A program made the position numbers and the translations under genes. A DNA stretch of 64,000 nt from Eledone cirrhosa (lineage: Eukaryota), in NCBI GenBank assembly GCA_964016885.1, contig OZ024740.1, forward strand, positions 8,432,001 to 8,496,000. Reading direction: 5' to 3'. The notes below the pieces were generated by a model. That model ran no database searches and was not told the DNA's origin. It saw only the letters and a list, made by a program, of their open reading frames with translations. Shown here one piece after another: positions 43,001 to 55,300 of the stretch. Numbering within the stretch: position 1 is the first letter of the stretch; each line of letters begins with the position of its first letter.

Positions 43001-46000
43001 CGATTGGTATGTCAGTTTCGATTGGTATGTCAGTTTCGATTGGTATATCAGTTTCAATTGGTATGTCGGTTTCGATTGGTATGTCAATTTCAATTGGTAT
43101 GTCAGGTTCTATTGGTATATCAGTTTCGATTGGTATATCAGCTTCGATTAGTATATCAATTTCTATTGGTATGTCAGTTTCGATTAGTATATTAGTTTCT
43201 ATTGGTATGTCAGTTTCTATTGGTATATCAGCTTCGATTGGTATATCAGTTTCGATTAGTATGTCAGTTTCTAATGGTATGTCAGTTTCGATTAGTATAT
43301 CAGTTTATATTACTATATCAGTTTCGATTGGTATGTCAGTTTCTATTGTTACATCAGTTTCTATTTGTATGTCAGTTAGGATAGGTATGTCAGTTTCTAT
43401 TGGTATATCAGTTTCGATTGGTATGTCTGTTTCTATTGGTATGTCAGTTTCTATTGGTATATCAGTTTCGATTGGTATATCAGTTTCGATTGGTATGTCA
43501 GTTTCGATTGGTATATCAGTTTCGATTGGTATGTCAATTTCAATTAGTATGTCAGTTTCTATTAGTATATCAGTTTCGATTGGTATGTCAGTTTCGATTA
43601 GTATCTCAGTTTCTATAGGTATGTCAGTTTCTATTGTTATATCAGTTTCTATTGGTTTGTCAATTTCAATTAGTATATCAGTTTCTATTGGTATATCAGT
43701 TTCGATTTGTATGTCAGTTTCGATTAGTATATCAGTTTCTATAGGTATGTCAATTTCGATTGGTATATCAGTTTCGATTGATATATCAGTTTCGATTAGT
43801 ATGTCAGTTTCTACTGGTATGTCAGTTTCGATTAGTATATCAGTTTCTATTGGTATGTCAGTTTCGATTGGTATGTCAGTTTCTATTGGTATATCAGTTT
43901 CTATGGGTATGTCAGTTTTGATTGGTATATCAGTTTCGGTTGGTATGTCAGTTTCGATTGGTATGTCAGTTTCGATTGGTATATCAGTTCCGATTGGTAT
44001 GTCAGTTTCGATTGTTATGTCAGTTTCGATTGGTATGTCAATTTCGATTGGTATATCAGTTTCTAATGGTATGTCAGTTTCGAGTGGTATGTCAGTTTCT
44101 ATTGATATATCAATTTCGATTAGTATGTCAGTTTCTACTGGTATGTCAGTTTCGATTAGTATATCAGTTTCTAATGGTATGTCACTTTCTATTGGTATAT
44201 CAGATTCGATTGGTATATCACTTTCGATTAGTATATCAGTTTCTATTGGTATGTCAGTTTTGATTGGTATATCAGTTTCGATTGGTATGTCAGTTTCGAT
44301 TGGTATGTCAGTTTCGATTGGTATATCAGTTCCGATTGGTATGTCAGTTTCGATTGGTATGTTAGTTTCGATTGGTATGTCAATTTCGATGTGTATATCA
44401 GTTTCTATTAGTATGTTAGTTTCTATTGGAATATCAGTTTCGATTGGTATATCTGTTTCGATTAGTATGTCAGTTTCTATTTGTATGTTAGTTTCGATTA
44501 GTATATCAGTTTCTATTGGTATGTCAATTTCGATCGGTATGTCAGTTTCTATTGATATATCAGTTTCGATTGGTATATCAGTTTCGATTGGTATATCAGT
44601 TTCTATTGGTATGTCAGTTTCTATTGATATATCAGTTTCTATTGGTATGTCAGTTTTGATTGGTATATCAGTTTCGATTGGTATGTCAGTTTCGATTGGT
44701 ATGTCAGTTTCGATTGGTATATCAGTTTCGATTGGTATGTCAGTTACGATTGTTATGTCAATTTCAATTGGTATATCAGTTTCTATTGGTATGTCAGTTT
44801 CTATTGGTATGTCAGTTTCGAGTGGTATGTCAGTTTCTATTGGTATATCAGTTTCTATTTGTATGTCAGTTTTGATTGATATATCAGTTTCGATTAGTAT
44901 GTCAGTTTCTACTGGTATGTCAGTTTCGATTAGTATATCAGTTTCTAATGGTATGTTAGTTTCTATTGGTATATCAGATTCGATTGGTATGTCACCTTCG
45001 ATCAGCATATCAGTTTCTATTGGTATGTCAGTTTTGATTGGTATATCAGTTTCAATTGGTATTTCAGTTTCGATTGGTATGTCAGTTTCTATTGGTTTAT
45101 CAGTTCCGATTGGTATGTAAGTTTTGATTGGTATATCAATTTCGATTTGTATATCGGTTCCTATTGCTATATCAGTTTCTATTGGTATGTCAGTTTCAAT
45201 TGGTATGTAAGTTTCGATTGGTATATCAGTTCGATTGGTATGTCAGTTTCGATTGGTATATCAGTTTCGATTGGTATGTCAATTTCAATTAGTATGTCAG
45301 TTTCTATTAGTATATCAGTTTCGATTGGTATGTCAGTTTCGATTAGTATCTCAGTTTCTATTGGTATATCAGTTTCGATTAATATATCAGTTTCTATTGG
45401 TATGTCAGTTTCGATTGGTATGTCAGTTTCTATTGTTATGTCAGTTTCGATTGGTATATAAGTTTAGATTAGTATGTCAGTTTCTATTGGTATATCAGTT
45501 TCGATTGGTATATTAGTTTCGATTAGTATATCAGTTTCTATAGGTATGTTAGTTTCTATTGGTATATCAGTTTTGACTGGTATGTCAGTTTCGATTGGTA
45601 TATCAGTTTCGATTGGTATATCAGTTTCGATTGGTATATCAGTTTCGATTGGTATCTCAGTTTCTATTGTTATATCAGTTTCTATTGGTATGTCAGTTTC
45701 GATAGGTATGTCAGTTTCTATTGGTATATCAGTTTCGATTGGTATGTAAGTTTCTATTGGTATGTTAGTTTCGATTGGTATATCAGTTTCGATTGGTATG
45801 TCAGTTTCTATTGTTATATCAGTTTCTATTTGTATGTCAATTAGGATAGGTATGTCAGTTTCTATTGGTATATCAGTTTCGATTGGTATGTCAGTTTCTA
45901 TTAGTATATCAGTTTCGATTGGTATGTCAGTTTCGATTAGTATCTCAGTTTCTATAGGTATGTCAGTTTCTATTGTTATATCAGTTTTGATTGGTATATC

Positions 46001-49000
46001 TGTTTCGATGGTATGTCAGTTTCGATTGGTATATCAGTTTCTATTGGTATATCAGTTTCGATTAATATATCAGTTTCTATTGGTATGTCAGTTTCGATTG
46101 GTATGTCTGTTTCTATTGTTATGTCAGTTTCGATTGGTATATAAGTTTAGATTAGTATGTCAGTTACTATTGGTATATCAGTTTCGATTGGTATATCAGT
46201 TTCGATTGGTATATCAGTTTCGATTGGTATCTCAGTTTCTATTGTTATATCAGTTTCTATTGGTATGTCAGTTTCGATAGGTATGTCAGTTTCTATTGGT
46301 ATATCAGTTTCGATTGGTATGTAAGTTTCTATTGGTATGTTAGTTTCGATTGGTATATCAGTTTCGATTGGTATGTCAGTTTCTATTGTTATATCAGTTT
46401 CTATTTGTATGTCAATTAGGATAGGTATGTCAGTTTCTATTGGTATATCAGTTTCGATTGGTATGTCAGTTTCTATTAGTATATCAGTTTCGATTGGTAT
46501 GTCAGTTTCGATTAGTATCTCAGTTTCTATAGGTATGTCAGTTTCTATTGTTATATCAGTTTTGATTGGTATATCTGTTTCGATGGTATGTCAGTTTCGA
46601 TTGGTATATCAGTTTCTATTGGTATATCAGTTTCGATTAATATATCAGTTTCTATTGGTATGTCAGTTTCGATTGGTATGTCTGTTTCTATTGTTATGTC
46701 AGTTTCGATTGGTATATAAGTTTAGATTAGTATGTCAGTTACTATTGGTATATCAGTTTCGATTGGTATATTAGTTTCGATTAGTATATCAGTTTCTATA
46801 GGTATGTTAGTTTCTATTGGTATATCAGTTTTGAAGGGTATATCAGTTTCGATTAGTATGTCAGTTTCGATTGATATGTCAGTTTCGATTTGTATATCAG
46901 TTCCGATTGGTATGTCAGTCTCGATTGGTATGTCAGTTTCGATTGGTATATCAGTTTCGATTGGTATATCAGTTTCGATTGGTATATCAGTTTCGATTGG
47001 TATCTCAGTTTCTATTGTTATATCAGTTTCTATTGGTATGTCAGTTTCGATAGGTATGTCAGTTTCTATTGGTAAATCAGTTTCGATTGGTATGTAAGTT
47101 TCTATTGGTATGTCAGTTTCGATTGGTATATCAGTTTCGATTGGTATGTCAGTTTCTATTGTTATATCAGTTTCTATTTGTATGTCAATTAGGATAGGTA
47201 TGTCAGTTTCTATTGGTATATCAGTTTCGATTGGTATGTCAGTTTCTATTGGTATGTCAGTTTTGATTGGTATATCAGTTTCGATTGGTATGTCAGTTTC
47301 GATTGGTATGTCAGTTTCGATTGGTATATCAGTTCCGATTGGTATGTCAGTTTCGATTGGTATGTCAGTTTCGATTGGTATATCAGTTTCGATTGGTATG
47401 TAAGTTTCGATTGGTATGTCAATTTCAATTGGTATATCAGTTTCTATTGGTATGTCAGTTTCGAGTGGTATGACAGTTTCTATTGGTATATAAGTTTCGA
47501 TTGATATATCAGTTTCGAATAGTATGTCAGTTTCTACTGGTATGTCAGTTTCGATTAGTATATCAGTTTCTATTGGTATGTCAGTTTCGATTGGTATATC
47601 AGTTTCGATTTGTATATCAGTTCCTATTGCTATATCAATTTCTATTGGTATGTCAGATTCAATTGGTATGTAAGTTTCGATTGATGTATCAGTTTCGATT
47701 GGTATGTCAGTTTCGATTGGTATATCAGTTTCGATTGGTATGTCAATTTCAATTAGTATATCAGTTTCTATTGGTATATCAGTTTCGATTTGTATATCAG
47801 TTTCTATAGGTATGTCAATTTCTATTGGTATATCTGTTTCTATTGCTATATCAGTTTCGATTGATATATCAGTTTCGATTAGTATGTCAGTTTCTACTGG
47901 TATGTCAGTTTCGATTATTATATCAGTTTTATTGGTATGTCATTTTCTATTGGTATATCAGTTTCGATTGGTATATCAGTTCCGATTGGTATGTCAGTTT
48001 CGATTGGTATGTCAGTTTCGATTGGTATATCAGTTTCGATTTGTATATCAGTTCCGATTGGTATGTCAGTTTCGATTGGTATGTCAGTTTCGATTGGTAT
48101 ATCAGTTTCTATAGGTATGTCAGTTTCGATTGTTATGTCAGGTTCTATTGGTATATCAGTTTCGATTGGTATATCAGCTTCGATTAGTATATCAATTTCT
48201 ATTGGTATGTCAGTTTCGATTAGTATATTAGTTTCTATTGGTATGTCAGTTTCTATTGGTATATCAGCTTCGATTGGTATATCAGTTTCGATTAGTATGT
48301 CAGTTTCTAATGGTATGTCAGTTTCGATTAGTATATCAGTTTATATTGCTATATCAGTTTCGATTGGTATGTCAGTTTCTATTGTTACATCAGTTTCTAT
48401 TGGTATGTCAGTTTCGATAGGTATGTCAGTTTCTATTGGTATGTCAGTTTCGATTGGTATATCAGTTTCGATTGGTATGTCAGTTTCTATTGTTATATCA
48501 GTTTATATTTGTATGTCAGTTAGGATAGGTATGTCAGTTTCTATTGGTATATCAGTTTCGATTGGTATGTCTGTTTCTATTGGTATGTCAGTTTCTATTG
48601 GTATATCAGTTTCGATTGGTATATCAGTTTCGATTGGTATGTCAGTTTCGATTGGTATATCAGTTTCGATTGGTATGTCAATTTCAATTAGTATGTCAGT
48701 TTCTATTAGTATATCAGTTTCGATTGGTATGTCAGTTTCGATTAGTATCTCAGTTTCTATAGGTATGTCAGTTTCTATTGTTATATCAGTTTCGATTGGT
48801 ATATCTGTTTCGATGGTATGTCAGTTTCGATTGGTATATCAGTTTCTATTGGTATATCAGTTTCGATTAATATATCAGTTTCTATTGGTATGTCAGTTTC
48901 GATTGGTATGTCAGTTTCTATTGTTATGTCAGTTTCGATTGGTATATCAGTTTCGATTGGTATATTAGTTTCGATTAGTATATCAGTTTCTATAGGTATG

Positions 49001-52000
49001 TTGGTTTCTATTGGTATATCAGTTTTGACTGGTATATCAGTTTCGATTAGTATGTCAGTTTCGATTGTTATGTCAGTTTCGATTTGTATATCAGTTCTGA
49101 TTGGTATGTCAGTCTCGATTGGTATGTCAGTTTCGATTGGTATATCAGTTTCGATTGGTATATCAGTTTCGATTGGTATATCAGTTTCGATTGGTATCTC
49201 AGTTTCTATTGTCATATCAGTTTCTATTGGTATGTCAGTTTCGATAGGTATGTCAGTTTCTATTGGTATATCAGTTTCGATTGGTATGTAAGTTTCTATT
49301 GGTATGTCAGTTTCGATTGGTATATCAGTTTCGATTGGTATGTCAGTTTCTATTGTTATATCAGTTTCTATTTGTATGTCAATTAGGATAGGTATGTCAG
49401 TTTCTATTGGTATATCAGTTTCGATTGGTATGTCAGTTTCTATTGGTATGTCAGTTTTGATTGGTATATCAGTTTCGATTGGTATGTCAGTTTCGATTGG
49501 TATGTCAGTTTCAATTGGTATATCAGTTCCGATTGGTATGTCAGTTTCGATTGGTATGTCAGTTTGGATTGGTATATCAGTTTCGATTGGTATGTAAGTT
49601 TCGATTGGTATGTCAATTTCAATTGGTATATCAGTTTCTATTGGTATGTCAGTTTCGAGTGGTATGACAGTTTCTATTGGTATATAAGTTTCGATTGATA
49701 TATCAGTTTCGAATAGTATGTCAGTTTCTACTGGTATGTCAGTTTCGATTAGTATATCAGTTTCGATTGGTATGTCAGTTTCGATTGGAATATCAGTTTC
49801 GATTGGTATGTCAATTTCAATTAGTATATCAGTTTCTATTGGTATATCAGTTTCGATTTGTATATCAGTTTCTATAGGTATGTCAATTTCTATTGGTATA
49901 TCTGTTTCTATTGCTATATCAGTTTCGATTGATATATCAGTTTCGATTAGTATGTCAGTTTCTACTGGTATGTCAGTTTCGATTAGTATATCAGTTTCTA
50001 TTGGTATGTCATTTTCTATTGGTATATCAGTTTCGATTGGTATATCAGTTTCGATTAGTATGTCAGTTTTTATTGGTATGTTAGTTTCGATTAGTATATC
50101 AGTTTCTGTTGGTATGTCAGTTTCGATCGGTATGTCAGTTTCTATTGATATATCAGTTTCTATTGGTATATCAGTTTCGATTGGTATATCAGTTTCGATT
50201 GGTATGTCAGTTTCTATTGGTATATCAGTTTCTATTGGTATGTCAGTTTTGATTGGTATATCAGTTTCGATTGGTATGTCAGTTTCGATTGGTATGTCAG
50301 TTTCGATTGGTATATCAGTTCCGATTGGTATGTCAGTTTCGATTGGTATGTCAGTTTCGATTGGTATATCAGTTTCGATTGGTATGTCAGTTTCGATTGG
50401 TATGTCAATTTCGATTGGTATATCAGTTTCTATAGGTATGTCAGTTTCGATTGTTATGTCAGGTTCTATTGGTATATCAGTTTCGATTGGTATATCAGCT
50501 TCAATTAGTATATCAATTTCTATTGGTATGTCAGTTTCGATTAGTATATTAGTTTCTATTGGTATGTCAGTTTCTATTGGTATATCAGCTTCGATTGGTA
50601 TATCAGTTTCGATTAGTATGTCAGTTTCTAATGGTATGTCAGTTTCGATTAGTATATCAGTTTATATTGCTATATCAGTTTCGATTGGTATGTCAGTTTC
50701 TATTGTTATATCAGTTTCTATTGGTATGGTAGTTTCGATAGGTATGTCAGTTTCTATTGGTATGTCAGTTTCGATTGGTATATCAGTTTCGATTGGTATG
50801 TCAGTTTCTATTGTTATATCAGTTTCTATTTGTATGTCAGTTAGGATAGGTATGTCAGTTTCTATTGGTATATCAGTTTCGATTGGTATGTCAGTTTCTA
50901 TTGGTATGTCAGTTTCTATTGGTATATCAGTTTCGATTGGTATGTCAGTTTCGATTGGTATGTCAGTTTCGATTGGTATGTCAGTTTCGATTGGTATGTT
51001 AGTCCTCGAATGTTATGTCAGTTTCTATTGGTATATAAGTTTTGATTGGTATGACAATTTCAATTAGTATATCAGTTTCTATTGGGATATCAGTTTCGAA
51101 TGGTATGTCAGTTTTCGATTTGTATATCAGTTTATATTGGTATATCAGTTTCGATTCGTACGTCAGTTTCTATTGTTATATCAGTTTCTATTGGTATGTC
51201 AGTTTCTATTGGTATATCAGTTTCGATCTGTATATCAGTTTCGATGGTATGTTAGTTTCTATTGGTATATCAGTTTCGATTGAAATATCAGTTTCTATTG
51301 GTATATCAGTTTCGATTGGTATATTTGTTTCAATTAGTATATTAGTTTCTATAGGTATGTCATTTTCTATTGGTATATCAGTTTCGACTGGTATATCAGT
51401 TTCGACTAGAATGTCAGTTTCGATTGTTATGTCAGTTTCTATAGGTATATCAGTTTTGATTGGTATATCAGTCTCGAATGGTATATCAGTTTCTATTAGT
51501 ATATCAGATTCGATTGGTATTTCAGTTTCTATTGGTATATCAGTTTCAATTGATATGTTAGTTTCTATTGGTATATCAGTTTCAATTGGTATGTTTGTTT
51601 CTATTGGTAAGTTAGTTTTGATTAGTATATCAGTTTCGATTGGTATATCAGTTTCGATTGGTATATCACTTTCTATTAGTATATCAGTTTCGATTGGTAT
51701 GTCAGTTTCGATTAGTATATCAGTTTCTATTGGTATGTCAGTTTCTATTGGTATATCAGTTTCAATTGGTATATCAGTTTCTATTGGTATATAAGTTTCT
51801 ATTGGTATATCAGTTTCCTTTGGTATGTCAAATTCGATTGGTATGTCAGTTTCGATTGGTATGTCAGTTTCGATTGGTATATAAGTTTCTATTGGTATAT
51901 CAGTTTCCATTGGTATGTCAGATTCGATTGGTATGTCAGTTACTATTGGTATATCTGTTTCGATTGGTAGGTCAGTTTCTATTGGTATGTCAGTTTTTAT

Positions 52001-52019
52001 TAGTATATCAGGAGGCACA

Positions 52020-52075
52020 TGGCTTAGTGGTTAGAGCATTGGCCTTGCAATCGAAAGGTTGTGAGTTCAATTCTC
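52020..52075 (+). promoter_or_regulatory. RNA polymerase III type-2 internal promoter of SINE copy 1 (A box 52020-52030, B box 52063-52075)
   Basis: TGGCTTAGTGG matches TRGCNNARYGG and GTTCAATTC matches GTTCRANNC, with tRNA-like spacing. Confidence 0.85.
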
Positions 52076-52334
52076 ATACCGGGTGATGTGTTGTTTCCTT
52101 GAGAAAAAGACACTTTATTTCACATTGCTCCAGTTTACTCAGCTGTAGAAATGAGATGATAGGGACTGGTGTCCTTATAATTCCACTGCAAAGTGCTCGT
52201 GGAGGTGCCACGGCAAAAAAGCACCCAGCACTCACTATAAAAGAGGTTGGTGTTAGGAAGGGCATCCAGCTGTAGAAATCAAGCCAGAATCAGTTCTCGC
52301 CCCACCCTTGCAAGCAGGGAAAAGCGGACGTAAA

Positions 52335-52367
<33 letters not shown>
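52335..52367 (+). repeat. (ATG)11 microsatellite tail of SINE copy 1
   Basis: 33 nt of perfect ATG repeat following ggacgtaaa. Confidence 0.97.
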
Positions 52368-55300
52368 TCTGTTTCTATTGGTATATTAGTTTTTATTGGT
52401 ATATCAGTTTCGATTGGGATGTCAGTTTCGATTGGTATGTCAGTTTCGATTGGTATATCAGTTTAGATTGTTTTGTCAGTTTCGATTGCTATATCAGTTT
52501 CAAATGGTATGTCAATCTCGATCGGTATGTCAGTTTCGATTGGTATATCACTTTCTATTGGTATGTCGGTTTCTATTGGTATATCAGTTTTGATTGTTAT
52601 ATCAGTTTCGATTGGTATATCAGTTTCTATTAGTATGTCAGTTTCTATTGGTATATCAGTTCCTATTGGTATGTCAGTTTCGACTGGTATGTCAGTTTCG
52701 ATTGGTATGTTAGTCCTTGATTTGTATGTCAGTTTCTATTGGTATATCAGTTTTGATTGGTATATCAGTTTCAATTTGTTTGTCAGTTTCTATTTGTATA
52801 TCAGTTTCTATTGGTATGTCAGTTTCGATTGGTATGTCAGTTTCGATTGGTATATCACTTTTGATTGGTATGTCAGTTTCTATTGGTATGTCAGTTTCGA
52901 TTATTATATCAGTTACTATTAGTACGTCAGTTTCTATTGGTATGTCAGTTTCGATTGGTATATCAGTTTCGATTGGTATGTCAGTTTCGATTGGTATGTC
53001 AGTTTCGAGTGGTATGTCAGTTTCTATTGGTATATAAGTTTCGATTCATATATCAGTTTCGATTAGTATGTCGGTTTCTACTAGTATGTCAGTTTCGATT
53101 AGTATATCAGTTTCTATTGGTTTATCAGTTCCGATTGGTATGTAAGTTTTGATTGGTATGTCAGTTTCGATTGGTATATCAGTTTCGATTGGTATATCAG
53201 TTTCTATTGGTAAGTCAGTTTCTATTGGTATGTCAGTTTCGATTGATAAATCAGTTTCGAATAGTATGTCAGTTTCTACTGGTATGTCAGTTTCGATTAG
53301 TATATCAGTTTCTATTGGTATGTCAGTTTCGATAGGTATGTCAGTTTCTATTGGTATATCAGTTTCGATTGGTATGTAAGTTTCTATTGGTATGTCAGTT
53401 TCGATTGGTATATCAGTTTCGATTGGTATGTCAGTTTCTATTGTTATATCAGTTTCTATTTGTATGTCAATTAGGATAGTTATGTCAGTTTCTATTGGTA
53501 TATCAGTTTCGATTGGTATGTCAGTTTCGATTGGTATATCAGTTTCGATTGGTATATCAGTTCCGATTGGTATGTCAGTTTCGATTGGTATGTCAGTTTC
53601 GATGGGTATATCAGTTTCGATTGGTATGTAAGTTTCGATTGGTATGTCAATTTCAATTGGTATATCAGTTTCTATTGGTATGTCAGTTTCGAGTGGTATG
53701 ACAGTTTCTATTGGTATATAAGTTTCGATTGATATATCAGTTTCGAATAGTATGTTAGTTTCTACTGGTATGTCAGTTTCGATTAGTATATCAGTTTCTA
53801 TTGGTATGTCAGTTTCGATTGGTATATCAGTTTCGATTTGTATATCAGTTCCTATTGCTATATCAATTTCTATTGGTATGTCAGTTTCAATTGGTATGTA
53901 AGTTTCGATTGATGTATCAGTTTCGATTGGTATGTCAGTTTCGATTGGTATATCAGTTTCGATTGGTATGTCAATTTCAATTAGTATATCAGTTTCTATT
54001 GGTATATCAGTTTCGATTTGTATATCAGTTTCTATAGGTATGTCAATTTCTATTGGTATATCTGTTTCTATTGCTATATCAGTTTCGATTGATATATCAG
54101 TTTCGATTAGTATGTCAGTTTCTACTGGTATGTCAGTTTCGATTAGTATATCAGTTTCTATTGGTATGTCATTTTCTATTGGTATATCAGTTTCGATTGG
54201 TATATCAGTTTCGATTAGTATGTCAGTTTCTATTGGTATGTAAGTTTCGATTAGTATATCAGTTTCTATTGGTATGTCAGTTTCGATCGGTATGTCAGTT
54301 TCGATTGGTATATCAGTTTCTATTGGTATGTCAGTTTTGATTGGTATATCAGTTTCGATTGGTATGTCAGTTTCGATTGGTATGTCAGTTTCGATTGGTA
54401 TATCAGTTCCGATTGGTATGTCAGTTTCGATTGGTATGTCAGTTTCGATTGGTATATCAGTTTCGATTTGTATATCAGTTCCGATTGGTATGTCAGTTTC
54501 GATTGGTATGTCAGTTTCGATTGGTATATCAGTTTCGATTGGTATGTCAGTTTCGATTGGTATGTCAATTTCGATTGGTATATCAGTTTCTATAGGTATG
54601 TCAGTTTCGATTGTTATGTCAGGTTCTATTGGTATATCAGTTTCGATTGGTATATCAGCTTCGATTAGTATATCAATTTCTATTGGTATGCCAGTTTCGA
54701 TTAGTATATTAGTTTCTATTGGTATGTCAGTTTCTATTGGTATATCAGCTTCGATTGGTATATCAGTTTCGATTAGTATGTCAGTTTCTAATGGTATGTC
54801 ATTTTCGATTAGTATATCAGTTTATATTGCTATATCAGTTTCGATTGGTATGTCAGTTTCTATTGTTATATCAGTTTCTATTGGTATGTCAGTTTCGATA
54901 GGTATGTCAGTTTCTATTGGTATGTCAGTTTCGATTGGTATATCAGTTTCGATTGGTATGTCAGTTTCTATTGTTATATCAGTTTCTATTTGTATGTCAG
55001 TTAGGATAGGTATGTCAGTTTCTATTGGTATATCAGTTTCGATTGTTATGTCAGTTTCTATTGGTATGTCAGTTTCTATTGGTATATCAGTTTCGATTGG
55101 TATATCAGTTTCGATTGGTATGTCAGTTTCGATTGGTATATCAGTGTCGATTGGTATGTCAATTTCTATTAGTATGTCAGTTTCTATTAGTATATCAGTT
55201 TCGATTGGTATGTCAGTTTCGATTAGTATCTCAGTTTCTATAGGTATGTCAGTTTCTATTGTTATATCAGTTTCGATTGGTATATCTGTTTCGATGGTAT

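Larger units (their letters stand above)
1..52010. repeat. 18-bp tandem satellite array (consensus GGTATRTCAGTTTCKATT), left segment; runs off the window start
   Basis: Uninterrupted head-to-tail monomers such as ggtatgtcagtttcgatt and ggtatatcagtttctatt. Six-residue periodic translations (MSVSIG, VCQFRL, IETDIP) appear throughout the ORF track. There are occasional 17-, 19- and 20-bp monomers and no inversion. Confidence 0.99.
52011..52367 (+). mobile_element. tRNA-derived SINE, copy 1 (tRNA-like head, CORE-like domain, RTE-like 3' region, (ATG)11 tail)
   Basis: 357-bp non-satellite insert starting ggaggcacatggcttagtgg. It has A box TGGCTTAGTGG, B box GAGTTCAATTCTC and foldable D and T arms. 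The segment ccttgagaaaaagacactttatttcacattgctccagtttactcagctgtagaaatgag resembles the MIR/CORE consensus as I recall it. It ends in a trinucleotide tail and has no long ORF. Confidence 0.92.

Noticed and set aside
42649-45120. 823-aa plus-strand (MSVSIG/ISVSIG)n ORF and the hundreds of related short ORFs
   Set aside because: These are direct translations of the satellite. ATG is part of the monomer and TCA>TAA variants end the frames at arbitrary points.
52011-52084. Functional tRNA gene (Ala-like CTTGCAA loop), also at 57446
   Set aside because: D and T arms fold, but the anticodon stem (TTGGC/TCGAA) is mismatched and there is no acceptor-stem partner. It continues into a SINE body and tail.
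52074-52265. 63-aa minus-strand ORF MPFLTPTS... (also 57509-57700)
   Set aside because: Short antisense ORF within a SINE with no recognisable motif. Its recurrence reflects the duplication.
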